Assembly: GCA_010093815.1 (NCBI GenBank)
Contig: ML996581.1
DNA from: Pseudovirgaria hyperparasitica
Taxonomy: Eukaryota
DNA: 64,000 nucleotides
Strand: one strand, 5' to 3'
Part shown: piece after piece, positions 1-12,557 of the stretch
How positions within the stretch are numbered: the first letter of the stretch is position 1
Layout of the letters: each line of letters opens with the position of its first letter
Notes under the pieces: generated by a model
Database searches by the model: none
What the model saw: only the letters and a program-made list of their open reading frames with translations
What the model was told of the DNA's origin: nothing
Program-made: the position numbers and the translations under genes

Positions 1-97
1 AGATAATATTAGTAATATCGATTACTAATATTAAGCTATTCCTAATAAGGAAATACCTTATATAAACTTATTAGATATAGTAGAGGTTAAGTTTACA
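1..97 (-). repeat. 5' end of a Ty1/Copia LTR, running off the left edge of the window
   Basis: Reverse complement starts TGTAAAC at 97 and aligns with 47589-47683, which follows the Copia RNase H and polypurine tract. Confidence 0.85.
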
Positions 98-1779
98 TAT
101 ATAGGTTTATATATATAGTATCCGGATTAATTAGTATTAGTACTATAAATACTAATACTATTAGCGATTTTTAAATATAGTTAATACGGTAGGGCGCCTA
201 GTTTAACTATATTAGGCTTAGCGCTTACTATTCCTCTATATAATTTAGCACGCGATTAGATAAAGGTATATATATATACCTAGTATTAGTAGAGAGTGTG
301 TAAATCTATAGTAACCGAAGGATGAGTTTAGCGTCCGCCCGCTACTATATTTATTAAGGGTATACCTTATTATAATATATATAAGAGTAATTATAGATAG
401 TAGAATCGGTTAGAATATACTACTATAGTACTTCTTTAATCTAAGGAATCTTAGGGACTATAGTAGAACTAACTTTAGAGCCTTAATTACTACTAGCCCT
501 ATAAATATTTTCTAAGTTATACTAGTATTATACTAATAATTAGTAACACGTCTAATATAATATAAGTAATATACCTTTACTTCTATATATATATTATTAT
601 ATATTAGATTACTTATACTAGCTTTTCTCTTCTCGGCTATCTCCTAGTCCTAGTATTTAGATACTATCTATCTAACTCTAGAGAGAAGTTAGTAACGGAA
701 GTCTATTATATCTTCCTTTACTAGTATAATAATATAGATAGAAGGTATATTTTATAAATTATAATTAAGGTAGTAGCTACTAAGATTAATATCTCCGGCG
801 GCTATCTAGGCCGATTATACTAGTATTCTAAAACTATCTAGACTACTATCTAGCTATATATTAAGGTAATTAAATACTAGTAGTAACTAGCCTAAAAACG
901 TTATAGTAATTAAAATCTCTATTATTATAAGATAATAGTCTTATTTATAAGGCTAGAGACTATCTCTATAGAACCGCCTCTTTTTATAGATAGTTAGTTC
1001 CCTCTCTACTACTATTTCTCTATCTTTATCTATTAAGCTAGATAGCTAATATAGTAGAGGAGAGAACGTAAGGCCGTTATATCCCTAGTTACTATTATAG
1101 TAGAATATTACCGTAACGTCTAAGCTATATAGGGCGTTACTACTATATTCGCTACTAGTATACCTAGGCTACTAGGTTATTAGTAGGTAAACGAACGCGT
1201 CGAGATAAGCTAGGTATATATATATATATATTTTTTATATTAATAGCTATTATATAAGTCCCTATTATTAATACTAATATATATCTATATTATATTATAT
1301 CTTCGTTTATCTATCCCGTTTAGTTTACTATAGTTACTAGATTATCTTCTATTAGTATTACCGCTATAGTAGCTAGATAGTCCCTTAACTATCTTCTATA
1401 TTAGAGGTTCTATAGAGAAGATATATAAGAGATTAGTAGATATTTTTATTAGCTATAGGTTAGTAACCTACTAGGCGATAATATTAGATAGTAGAATAAT
1501 AACTAGCTAGTAGATATAATAAAGGTTTAGGTGTAGACTAATATAGTATTTTTATAGACGCGTGATACTTATATATTATTATTAATAATTTTAAGTAAGC
1601 GTATATAGAAATTAAGGGGCTAAGAGCCGGGTAGAAGTTAGGGGTTAGTAGGTATATATCGGGCTTTCGACGGGCTTATACCTAACTTCTTCTAGTATAC
1701 GCCTAGAATATCCGCCGTATACTATATTATTACTATCTACTAATAATTATACTATAGTATTTTTCCTTTATAGTAACTA

Positions 1780-4215
1780 TACCTCGAGATGCTACGGGCC
1801 GTAGTCTCCTACTAATACTATAGTAGAAAGATTAGTAGTATATACTATATAATCCGTAGGTACTATAACTTAGAACTGTATAGACGAGTACGGCTTACTA
1901 TATTACTATTATTATTATAACTATTAGGCCCGTAGCTACTACTATTAACTAGGTTATAGTACGGCTTTAGTACTTATAGTTATATTAGTTAATAGAACTC
2001 TTTAGTTCGCTCTATTAGTATTTAGCCGTTAAGTATTAATTAGAAGTCTAAGTCTATAGAATTAGATATATCTACTACTAATACGGCTCTATATAAAGAT
2101 ACTACTATATTCTCTAATTCTATTTTAGACCTAGAATCTATAGATAGTATTACTAGTAGCTATAGTACCGATCTAGTATATTAGTCTAATATATATAGTA
2201 GAAATACTATATCTATAGTAATAAGGGCGTCTAGTACTATATATTTAATAAAAACGTTTGAAGAAGAGAGTAGTATATATATTATAGTAGACTAGAGTAG
2301 ACGTGATAATCCGTCTAATATAAGTATATATAGTCTAGATTTATAGTAGTAACTAATTTAGTAGGCCCGATTTAGTTAATTTAATAGTAAGTTTATAGAG
2401 CGCCTTATAATATAGATAAATTAGTTTAGTATTTCGAATATAGTATATAATAAATTAACTACTATCCTTAAATAGACTTCTACTATACCCTCTAACCTTT
2501 TTATACTAAAATCTAATATTATATATAAGTAGTTATTATACTACTCTAAAGGGATACTATACGAAAGTTAGTAGTATAGCTATAATATATCTAGTACTAC
2601 TATAGTTCAATACTAGTATAGAGATCCGCTTACGTTAGTAGAATTCCTTCTTAGATACTAACCGTTTACTAATAAGCTCGTGTTTAAGCTAGTACGATAA
2701 TTTACTAGTTTAGGCGACTAGGTATATAGTAAAGTCTATATAGTAGATAGTTAGTAGGATATATATACTACTATTCCGGATGGTACCGTTATCGTCTCTA
2801 TTATTTTATCTTTAGATAAGATAAACCTTACTAACTATAGTAGTAATAGAGTAGTATAGCTAGTCTATCTATCTATTTATAATCTACTACTAAACGTCCA
2901 CTTATCTAGGAGTCTACTATTATTTCTACTACTTACTCTATTACTAGTAGTTAAGCTAGAAATAATAGTAAATTACTTTATATTCTATTAGATTATAAGT
3001 AAAGTTCTAGCCTATATATCCGCCTATAATAGAGTTATTAACTATACTAATTATTATATAGCGTTATAGGCTATATAGAGTACTAGAGTATTAGTATTAT
3101 ATACTAATAGCGGCTTACGTAAGTACTATCCGCGTTTAGCTTTATATATTATAGATTTTCCGGAGTAGATACTTATCATAGGTATATCCCATTAGTATAT
3201 ATATCTAATATATATAGTCCCTAGTAATAGACGATAGTATCTATAAGAAGCCATTACTAGTATATAGAAGTTCTATATATACTCGTTATTATAGAAATAG
3301 ATTTACTATATATATCGCGAGTTAATAACTAATAGCTATAGTAGCAAGTATACTAGTAGTAAGATAGATAATAGAATAAGTATACCTAGTATCTTATTAT
3401 TTTCGTTAATGTCTTTCGCGCTAGTAGTATAGGGCTATTATATTCGCTAATTAGTTAAGAGTCGGTATTCTAGTAGATAGATAGAGCCATTAGATAATTT
3501 TACCTAGTTACTTACTAGAGTTAATATATACCGCGTGGTCGCTCCGGACATTCTATATTAACTATATAAGGGTATATTAGAATACACGTTTAATTAGATA
3601 GTCTTATATATTATTAATTAAGAGCGTACGGGATATAGATTAAAGGGTATATTTACTAGTATACCCCCTATAGAACGAGTAAAGAAGGTAATTAATAAGC
3701 GATTCGCGTCTATTAGGGTATTCGGTCGTTATAACCTACTTATATATATAACTTTAGTAATATAATAGACGGGGGCGATATTTAAGTATATACTAGTAGT
3801 GTTTATAGTTACGTTTAAACCGCTCCTATATTATAATCGATACTTTCTAAGCGTAGTACGGGCGGTTATTAATATATATATATTAGTAGTATACTATATA
3901 TATAATACGTAGATACTAGTATACTTAGAAGAGACTATATTACGCTTAGATAATCTAAAATACTAGTTTATACTATATCATAGAGATAAATCGAAGGATA
4001 ATTATTTTAACTTTCCGAAGTTCTATATATTATCGTACCTAGTTAATACTATTAAATACTATAGTTCGTTATATCTAATATTAGTAGAGCTACTAGAGTA
4101 ATCTTATATTATAGTAAAGAAATTATATTAAGGTTTAAATAAGAGGGAGACGTTTCTATAGTAGATACTAGTAGTAGATATACGCACGATAAATACTAAA
4201 ATCTCTAGTAGTATA
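1780..4215 (+). pseudogene. Plavaka-family transposase relic, segment 1 (start approximate)
   Basis: De-RIPed motifs IPDGTVIVPIILSSDKTNLTNHSGDRVAWPVYLSI (~2773-2880), DFPEQ (~3154), APDILHQLHKGV (~3541-3576) and NFNFPKFH (~4003-4026) match my recollection of the Plavaka transposase consensus. Many TAA/TAG stops. Confidence 0.75.
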
Positions 4216-7200
4216 ATAAGAATAATAATATTATATAACTAGATAGAGTAGTTTACTCTATAGGCGTATACCTTCTCTAGTCTAAGCTATTATATAAGAA
4301 GAAACCTTTATATAAGGAAAAACTCCCTTTTCTCTATAATTATATCTTATAAAACCTTTATATTATCTTAAGTATATAGCCGTTAGGTATACCTATAGGC
4401 CTATAATCTATAGTACCGTTATTTTACCCTTAGGTAGCATATATAGAGTACGGGGGTTATTAGTTAAGGGTTACCCTTAACTAATAATTAGGGTTCTCCC
4501 GGGGTTCTTCCGGCGTATACTAGAGTCTATCTAGTATATATCTAGTTACTTCTAGTATGTATATCTAGGTCTATTAGTATTAGGGGAGAGGGAGATATAT
4601 AAGTATCTACTAGGTAATCTTCTTAGAGTACTTATTAAGCTACTATATAATATTAGAGGTCCTTATTATATAGATAAGTAATTATCTCAATATATAAAGG
4701 TCCGGGTATATTATAAGATAGTACTATATTATATCTCTCTAGCCGTATACTTTATACTATAGAGACGTATCTAGAACGCCCCTCTAGTATAGGTAGTATA
4801 GAAGTTCTATAGCTTCTATTCGAGCTTAGAGAAGGATAGATACTTAGGCTTTTATAAGCCCCTTATATATCTATCTACTTAGCTCCTTCTATAATCTCTA
4901 AATCTATTCTAAATATCTATTCTATTAGAATGTCTAATAGGTCCGGAGGACTTCCTTCTATTTATTCTAGGTCTATAACTATATAGCCTATATAAGCTTC
5001 TAAGGGTTCTACTAGTCTAGAGAGGCGTCTAGGTTATCCCCGATCTCTTATATAATTTAGTTTAAGTCTATCTCTATTAGACTCTTATACTATAGTTAAT
5101 TCTAGCCTATATATAGTAGTACTTAATAGTAGGTACTAACTCATGTATATAGCGCGGTAAAGGTATATTCAGCGTATTCTACGCGTTTCTATACTTATTA
5201 TTTAGTAAAGTATATTACCCTCTATATCTAGTAGAAGTTATATATACTTATTATATTTATCTTGCGCTATAGTAGTACTATATTAGTAGTCTTATATATA
5301 CTAGAAATAGGACGGAGTATACGGTTCTATATAGACTTAAGCTTTATTTATCTAGTCTATATAAGAACTATATACTAGTACTTATGTCCGTACGTAAAGG
5401 CGGGTCGTACTATAGAGATATATAGTTAGCGTGTCTTATTCTAGGCGGTTCCCTATATAGAGGCCGTAATCTAGTATATAGCGGCTTCTACCTTAAGGGC
5501 CCTAGATACTATATATATAATCTATAGGCTCTATTTAAGTTTATTATTAATTATAATACCGAGTATATATATACTCTATATCGGTAGTTTAGTAAAAGTA
5601 TCTATTCTAGAACGTCGCTCTCCTTTCTTAGTAGCCTATTTTCTATAGTAGTTAATAAAGTATATAAGTTAGTATTTCTTAGAGGTGAACTTTACTCTAT
5701 AGCGCTTTACCTACTAGATATATCTCTTATAGTCTTATTTAAGGCGTTTATATATTAAACTAGTATTATTATTAATAGCTAGAAGGTATATATTATTAGC
5801 GTATCCTACTACCTCTATATATTATATTCTCTATAGAAGGTCTATAGTAAAGAAGAGAAAGAGAATTAGGGAGATAGTACTTTCTTATAGAATACTATAT
5901 ATTATCTTCTTATATTTACTTTAATATCTAGAGATATATATCTAGGTAATTCTTTCGGTAAGGAAGGACTATATAAACCTTATAATCTATTTAGGTATAC
6001 GTCTCTTCCGTAGGTTATAGATAAGTCTTATATAGTTTATCTTATTAAATACGCCGGCTATATTAAGGGAGAGTAATATTACTACGCGTCTCTATTTCTA
6101 TATAGTCTAGATAACTTTAAGGATATATTAGATAGCGGTAATTAGAGAGCTCCTAGTTTTTACCTTCTAATTCGCTAGAAGAAGGTTATATTCTTATACT
6201 ATAGTACTTATCTTCTTCGTAATTATAGTCTTAAGTATCTTACTAAGATAGAAGAGAAGAGTAATTAGTCTCTATCCTTTTAGGGAGTTAGAGTTCTTCC
6301 CTAGTTTTAGAAGTATAATAGTATAGACGGCCTAGAAGCTTTAGGGGTAGTATCTATTCTTAGTATATATCTAGAAGATAAGGCTAATAAGTAGTAGGGT
6401 TATCTATATAGTATATTTAAGGTATCTATTTAGTATTCTATCCGGTCCGGACGCTTTATTATTTAGAAGTACTCTAATAGTATTAAGAATCTTCTCTTCT
6501 ATAATCTCTATAGGGATATTAACCGTGTCTAGATATATATTATTATTAATATCTAATAGATCTACTAGCTCTAGGAGGGGAAATATAACTTCTTAGAGGA
6601 TCTCTATCTTTTTGGGGCTCGTGGTATATATTCTCCCCTAGTATATTAGGGAAGATATTAGTAGTAGTAGCGTCTACACGTCCGCGCTCTTAGCCTACTT
6701 TACTATATACTATAGCTCTATAGCCTATTATATATATTTATTAGTAATTATATACTAGTATTTACGTCATTTATTACGGAGGGTCTTATCTTAAGATTAG
6801 ATTACCTCTTTCTATTCCTTCTATATCTTAGTTATCTAGATATAGTATACACGTATATATAGTCTCCGGGCTACCCTTCTACTTTTATATATTTAAGGTA
6901 TACCCCTTACGTCTAGGGGCTTATATATTTAGTATAGTACGTGTTTATTTCTTAAGTTTTAGAAGGCTTAAAGAAGGACTTATATAGCTCTATCTATAGC
7001 CGGACTATTAGAGACATCGACTATAGAGGGGTCTAGAATTATTAATTCTAGGTCCTTTCTATACTTCTCCTAGTTAGTATCTTTCTATAGCTATCTCCCC
7101 TATTATTCGTTAGACGTAGATATATCTATTACGGTCTCTATATATTCGTAATTAGAGTCCGTTTACGTCTTACTAGGGCGGTAGTATTATACTCTATAGC

Positions 7201-9540
7201 TTATATATTCCGTGGTAAAGGTAAGGTCGAGTATAGATCCCTCCTTATCTTCCTTATATTTCCTCTATATAATTTATCCGACTAGCGTAAGGAGGTATAG
7301 AAGGTTATAGTACCTTATATATAGCTCCCTTACTCTAAGCTCTTCTCTAATAACTATCGGGCCTCTCTACTATCTATAGTAGAGGTTAAAGTTACCTAGA
7401 AGGATATATTATCCTAGTTCCGTGATGCCCTCTAGTATAGTATCTAGCGTAAGTAATCCTCTCTAGTTATAGATATTATAGATATAGAGGGGCCCTATAT
7501 CTATCTAGAGGTATAGTATTATCTAGAGATTATCTTATTCTATATAGAACTATTCTAAGAGCGGGATAGATTTATATATATAGAAGAGGACTCTCCTATC
7601 TAGGCCTAGGGGGTAGATAGTATAGTATTCTAGGTGTGTCGTTAGTTTATTAGTTTAGTAGTATTTATAAGGTTTCTAAATAGCTATTATTACGGTATCT
7701 ATCTCTTCTAGAAGCGTAGCCTGGTTTTCTTATTTATATTATATATTCGCCTATATAATAATAAGTATATCTTAACTCCTTATTAGGTGCTAGGGAATAC
7801 ATAAGTCTATATACTAGTAGTATTAAGGCGCGACTATCTCTATACGGTAGCTACCTTAAGGATACCCTAGGGTTATTCTATCTTTCTCTATATAGTATAC
7901 TATTATATATTAGTCTCTTCTCCTTATAGATTAGTTAGTATAGTTATAGATAAGGTTAGCGTAGATAGTAGGGGCCTCGTGGCTTAGTATATCTACCTCG
8001 CCCCTCTTACCTTTATAGCGTTAATATACTTAGTAACTTATCTATATTTTATATATATTACTAACTATAATAGGTAGTTTCTATTATAATTAGAGTACTT
8101 AGTAGTATCTTTATTACGTGTATAGTTCTCCTATTCTTTATATAGGTATTTCTAGATATAGTAGTTCTATTAGTACTATCCGTAGGTAGCTTTCTAAGAG
8201 TACCTCTATCTAGTATATCTATATCTCTAATAGTTAAAGTATTAGGTTATTATCTATACTCTATTCTATAGTTCCGCTATAAGTAACTCTCTCTTAGCTA
8301 AGAAGCCTTCTTATATAATCTAATAGACGAGAGTAGAGTCTTAGAGCTCTATTATTATAGTAGAGTATTTTTTTAATTTTACTTTAATCCCTTATATATT
8401 CTTCTACTATACCTTTATAATCTTAATCCCGGGGTATTTTCGGTTATTAGATTATTCTATTTACTTAATATTATTAGCGCTAATAATATATCCCTAGATA
8501 GGAACTATATATATCTATATTAGGTACGTGTTAGCGCGGACGGACGTACTAGAAAAGATATTATTAATCGCGTTCGGGTTATAGGAGATAGTCTACTAGG
8601 CTATATTAGTAGTAGTAGTTAGTACTATATCTCCTAGGGTAAGTTTAGCTATAACCATATTTAACTATATTTCTTTTTATTTATTAATCTTATTAATAAT
8701 ATTCTTTAGAGATACCTTCTAGATCTATATAAGGACTTCCTTATCCTAGATAATAATCCGTATACTATATACTTCTTCTATAGATATTCTTAGTATTTAG
8801 GTTATTCTAGTTATACTACCTAATGGTACCGCGACTTATACCTAAGTAGTTAGGCGTCTCTCCTAGGTAAGGCCTTCTTAGATTCTTAGTAGACTAGTCT
8901 TAATTTAGTCTAGCCTAGACTCCGGACTCGTTTCCGGTATCTATTTTACTTCTATAGTAAGCCTCTTAATATTCTAGACTAGACTTCGGAAGATATTAAG
9001 GAGGGTAGTCTCTTCTTTCTTAATCTCTCTCTCTATACGTGCTACCTAGTATTTAATCTTATCTATAAGGGTATCCGCAAGCGGAGTTCTCTCTATCTTA
9101 GTTATCTATAGTACTTTGCGCCTCTAGTTATTTTTTATTTTTTAGATAGTAGTTTAGTCATTCTAGAATATACCGCTATATAGCTATTTCTATTATACTA
9201 GTAGTAGGGGTATACCTAGCGGAAGTCGGGGTATATTAGTACCGGAAACTACTATAATTATTAGTTAAGGGCTACTCTTAACTAATAAAGGGGGTTAGTA
9301 TATTAGTATTTATTAGTAGTAGTCTATACTTATTACTCTAAAGAGTTTTTAAGTATATATATATAGTATCTCTATATATCGGTACTATCGCGTATTATAT
9401 ACTATATGTATATATATATATTGGAAGTTATTATACTTGGTATACTCTATTAATTAGTATCTATAGATCGCTATATCGCCCCGAATTAACTAGTTCTAGT
9501 CCCTTTAAGATTTATATATATAATAAAGATTATATCTATT
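4216..9540 (-). mobile_element. Full-length LINE (Tad1-like non-LTR retrotransposon), copy A
   Basis: Reverse complement aligns end to end with the + strand LINEs. (TAT)n-like tail at ~4216-4232. 15 bp TSD ATCTCTAGTAGTATA at 4201-4215 and 9541-9555. Confidence 0.93.
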
Positions 9541-10174
9541 ATCTCTAGTAGTATAGAGGTAGTAGCTAGTACTAGTATATTAGTAGCCTCTAGCCTAGAG
9601 TAGCTTAATAATATATATAAGCTAGTTAGCTAGCGGTATATTCTAAAGGAGCTATACTAGAGTAAATATATACTCTACGTCTTATAGAGCTATAGACTAT
9701 CTACGTTCTACTAGACTACTATTAGTAACCTCTATAATGTATATAGTAGTAGTTTTATATTACTTAATACGGTTATACCTTTTATATATAACTATTATAA
9801 TCGGCTTATCGGGGATAATATATCGAAAGATATAAATATTAAATATATTAAAAAGGATCCTTCGTGGGTATAGGTCCTTTCTATCTATATATATAAGACT
9901 ATATATATACTAATACGACTAGATAGAGATATATCTATAGAGGCCTTCGACCTAATTTAGGTAAGGTATACCTATAACTAGTAAAAGAGTAGTAAGGCTA
10001 GAGAGAATTATATAATAGTATAGGAGTTTAACGAGGGTAGTAACTACCTTAATAGAAAGCGGGTTAGTAAAGTCTATATATTTCTAGAGGTATACGATAT
10101 AGAGAGTATTAATATAACTAGTAGTATAGCGGCGCGATTTCTAGGTACATTAGTTAAACTACTTAATAACTTAG
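9541..10174 (+). pseudogene. Plavaka-like transposase relic, segment 2
   Basis: Resumes at the LINE TSD. Coding-like frame reads (de-RIPed) VRCTYNWQKSGKAREDYIMV...LNGKRVGKVHIF, resembling the Plavaka C-terminal region. Confidence 0.55.
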
Positions 10175-10414
10175 TATAAGGATTATAGACGTAGGATAGT
10201 AGTCTAACAGATTATAGAAGGATTCGGGAATATATTTAAAAGGGTAGTCTACTCTTCTAACGAGGTTAATTTCTAAAGAGTAGGAATTAAGTATATACGG
10301 CCTACTTATATAGTAGTCTCGCTTATTCTAGCTAGCTTACCCTAGGTCCACCTATTACGGACCGTACTAGACTATAGTATTCTAGTTAAGTCTATCCTAG
10401 TATTAGCCCTAATA
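10175..10414 (-). repeat. Gypsy 3' LTR
   Basis: Differs from 18552-18791 only by C/T and G/A transitions as far as I can see; adjacent to the PPT. Confidence 0.95.
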
Positions 10415-10901
10415 ATATTCTTCTTCTTTTTATGCTTCGCCCTAAAGTACTTAGCTATATATAAATCCGTAATTCTATAAGCGTTATATTTATATACGCA
10501 TCTAATTAAATCTATATAATATTATTAATAGTCTTTATATTAGTAAACTTAAGCTCTAGTTTACTTTTATTTATACACGCGCTTATCCCTTACTTTATAG
10601 CTACTACCTTAAAGGTAGCTCCGCGGGTTATATGACCGCTATATTAACTAAGCTTATATTTAGTTCTCTTATTCTGAATTTTCTTCTCTAGTATATCCAC
10701 CTTACTCTTAAGGTAAGTCGTTAATTCGTATACTATCTCCTTTAGTTTAGATCTATTCGGGTCTAGAGTAGTCTATTTTCGTTAGAGCTAGTTCTATATA
10801 ATCTATTCGCGTTATTACGGTTACTAATTTAGCTTCTTTAATTACCTTTAAGGCTAAACGAGTATTCTACTCTTAGATCTCTAGCTAACGTATATATATA
10901 G

Positions 10902-12207
10902 ATATCTAATACTAGTCCTATTTCTAAGCCTACCTCCTTCTCTCGTAAGACTCGCTCTAAAGAGATTACCTCTACCCCGGCTATACTAGCTAAAAAATCT
11001 ACTTATTATAGTAGTATAAAGGCGCGCTCTAAGTTAGAGAAGAAGATAGCTAAGGCTACTACTACTATTACTACTAACGTAGCTACTAGTCGCTCTAATC
11101 TAGGTAATCCTAGTACTAGTGTTACGGAAGAGGTAGCTATAAAGCCTACCTACACCTACTCGCGCCGTCTATCTACTCTACCTTCTTTAGAGGATAAAGA
11201 AGATCTCGTCGTAGATAATAATCGAGAGTTTATACCTTCGCCGCCTTACTCTAAATACTATTCCTCTTTTCAGTCTAATATAGACCGACTTAGTCGCTCT
11301 AGATTCTTTTAGGACCTTAATATTTACTCTAAACCTAGCCCTAGTAATAATAAGGCCTAGGTCGCCGAAGATACTAAACGTAGTTACGGTTTACGCTATA
11401 GAAAAACGGCGAACTATAGTTTAATATACTTTAAGTATATTAAGGCTTATACTACCGGCTCTAAATATCTCTTCCGCTCTAACTCTAGTATTAGCTACTA
11501 CTCTACTAACCGCGACGGGCCTATATATCTAATCTTTAAGCTCTCTACCCGCTACCGCCGCTATACCGTCCTTAGTAAAGTTTATCTTTAGGTAAGTCTA
11601 TTAGGCTATTTTAGTCTAGAGTAATCTAAAGTTATCCATGCTAATACGTTTTTAGGTTTCTATTTATATATAAGATATATATAACGATCTTCGCGTCCAT
11701 GAGACTCTTAGTAGTTCTAGTAGTTATCTAGCTTCTATACGTAGGGAGTTTAGAGAGCGCTATAAGCTCTTTCTAGAGGTTATTAAAGTATAAGTTTAGA
11801 AACCGTTAATTATTATTAACCTTAGCTTATAATTTTCAGTCGCCGCGAGATTCCTAGCGCTTAGGCTATCTATTCTAGGGAGTTGGTTTTAGCTACTAAG
11901 GCCGTAGAAGAGATTCGTGCTATTCCTTCTTATCCGCCTTATACTACTAACGGGTCTTATAAGAGATCTACTAGTTCTCCTTCTAAGTTACCTCGTAAGA
12001 GGGTATATATTCTATTCTAGATTATTCTAGACCGCGTTAGCTAACTTTAGGTCTAGTCGCTCTACTCTAGCGCTTAGTTATTATCTTACTAGGCTCTAAC
12101 TAAGCGCGTGGTTACTCTAGAGGATAAGGTCTCTAACCTCCGTTACTCTATTACTCGGTTAGTTCGTTTACTACGCTCTAAGAGTAATAATAAGATAGAG
12201 GAGTAGC
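10902..12207 (+). pseudogene. Spliced antisense gene inside the Gypsy element (Ser/Thr/Pro-rich N-terminus, Cys-rich domain, C-terminal heptad segment)
   Basis: Continuous coding-like frame. Introns at 10713-10901 (GTAAGT..GCTAAC..TAG, upstream of the inferred ATG), 11592-11655 (GTAAGT..GCTAAT..TAG) and probably 11788-11839 (..TTTCAG). De-RIPed CFKC...TRCRRCTVLGKVC at ~11427-11590. Confidence 0.65.
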
Positions 12208-12457
12208 TCTATGGCTCTATTTACTAGGGTTTCTATATGGTATGTGTTGGCTCTATCTACCTGGTTTCTATCCGTTTTAGTCCTTTTTAGACCGTTTAGA
12301 TACCTATCTACTAGTTTTCTAGTAATTTAATTCTTAACTTAATAATATTATATACGTTCTTATTTATTCTATAACTATTAAATTTTAGGTTCTAATTTCC
12401 TTTAAGTTACTTAAGTATAGGCATCGTATATAAATTAGTTTATCTCTCTAAATTATA

Positions 12458-12557
12458 TTAGAGTACCCGAACCAGTGGCCTAGTAGTTATTAGTTCGGGT
12501 ACTCTAACCTTTTATATTATATGTCACGAGTTTAATTCCGTAGTAGGGTACCTTTTT
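12458..12557 (+). ncRNA. Putative Pol III (tRNA-type promoter) hairpin RNA unit within the Gypsy 3' region
   Basis: TATATAAA at 12427. 17 bp inverted arms at 12458-12474 and 12491-12507 enclose an A-box-like TGGCCTAGT(A/G)G. B-box-like GAGTTTAATTCC (de-RIP GAGTTCRATTCC) at 12528-12539. T5 at 12553-12557. Confidence 0.5.

Noticed and set aside
98..1700. Possible gene relic upstream of the Plavaka transposase
   Set aside because: RIPed and partly coding-like, but no frame or domain could be supported.
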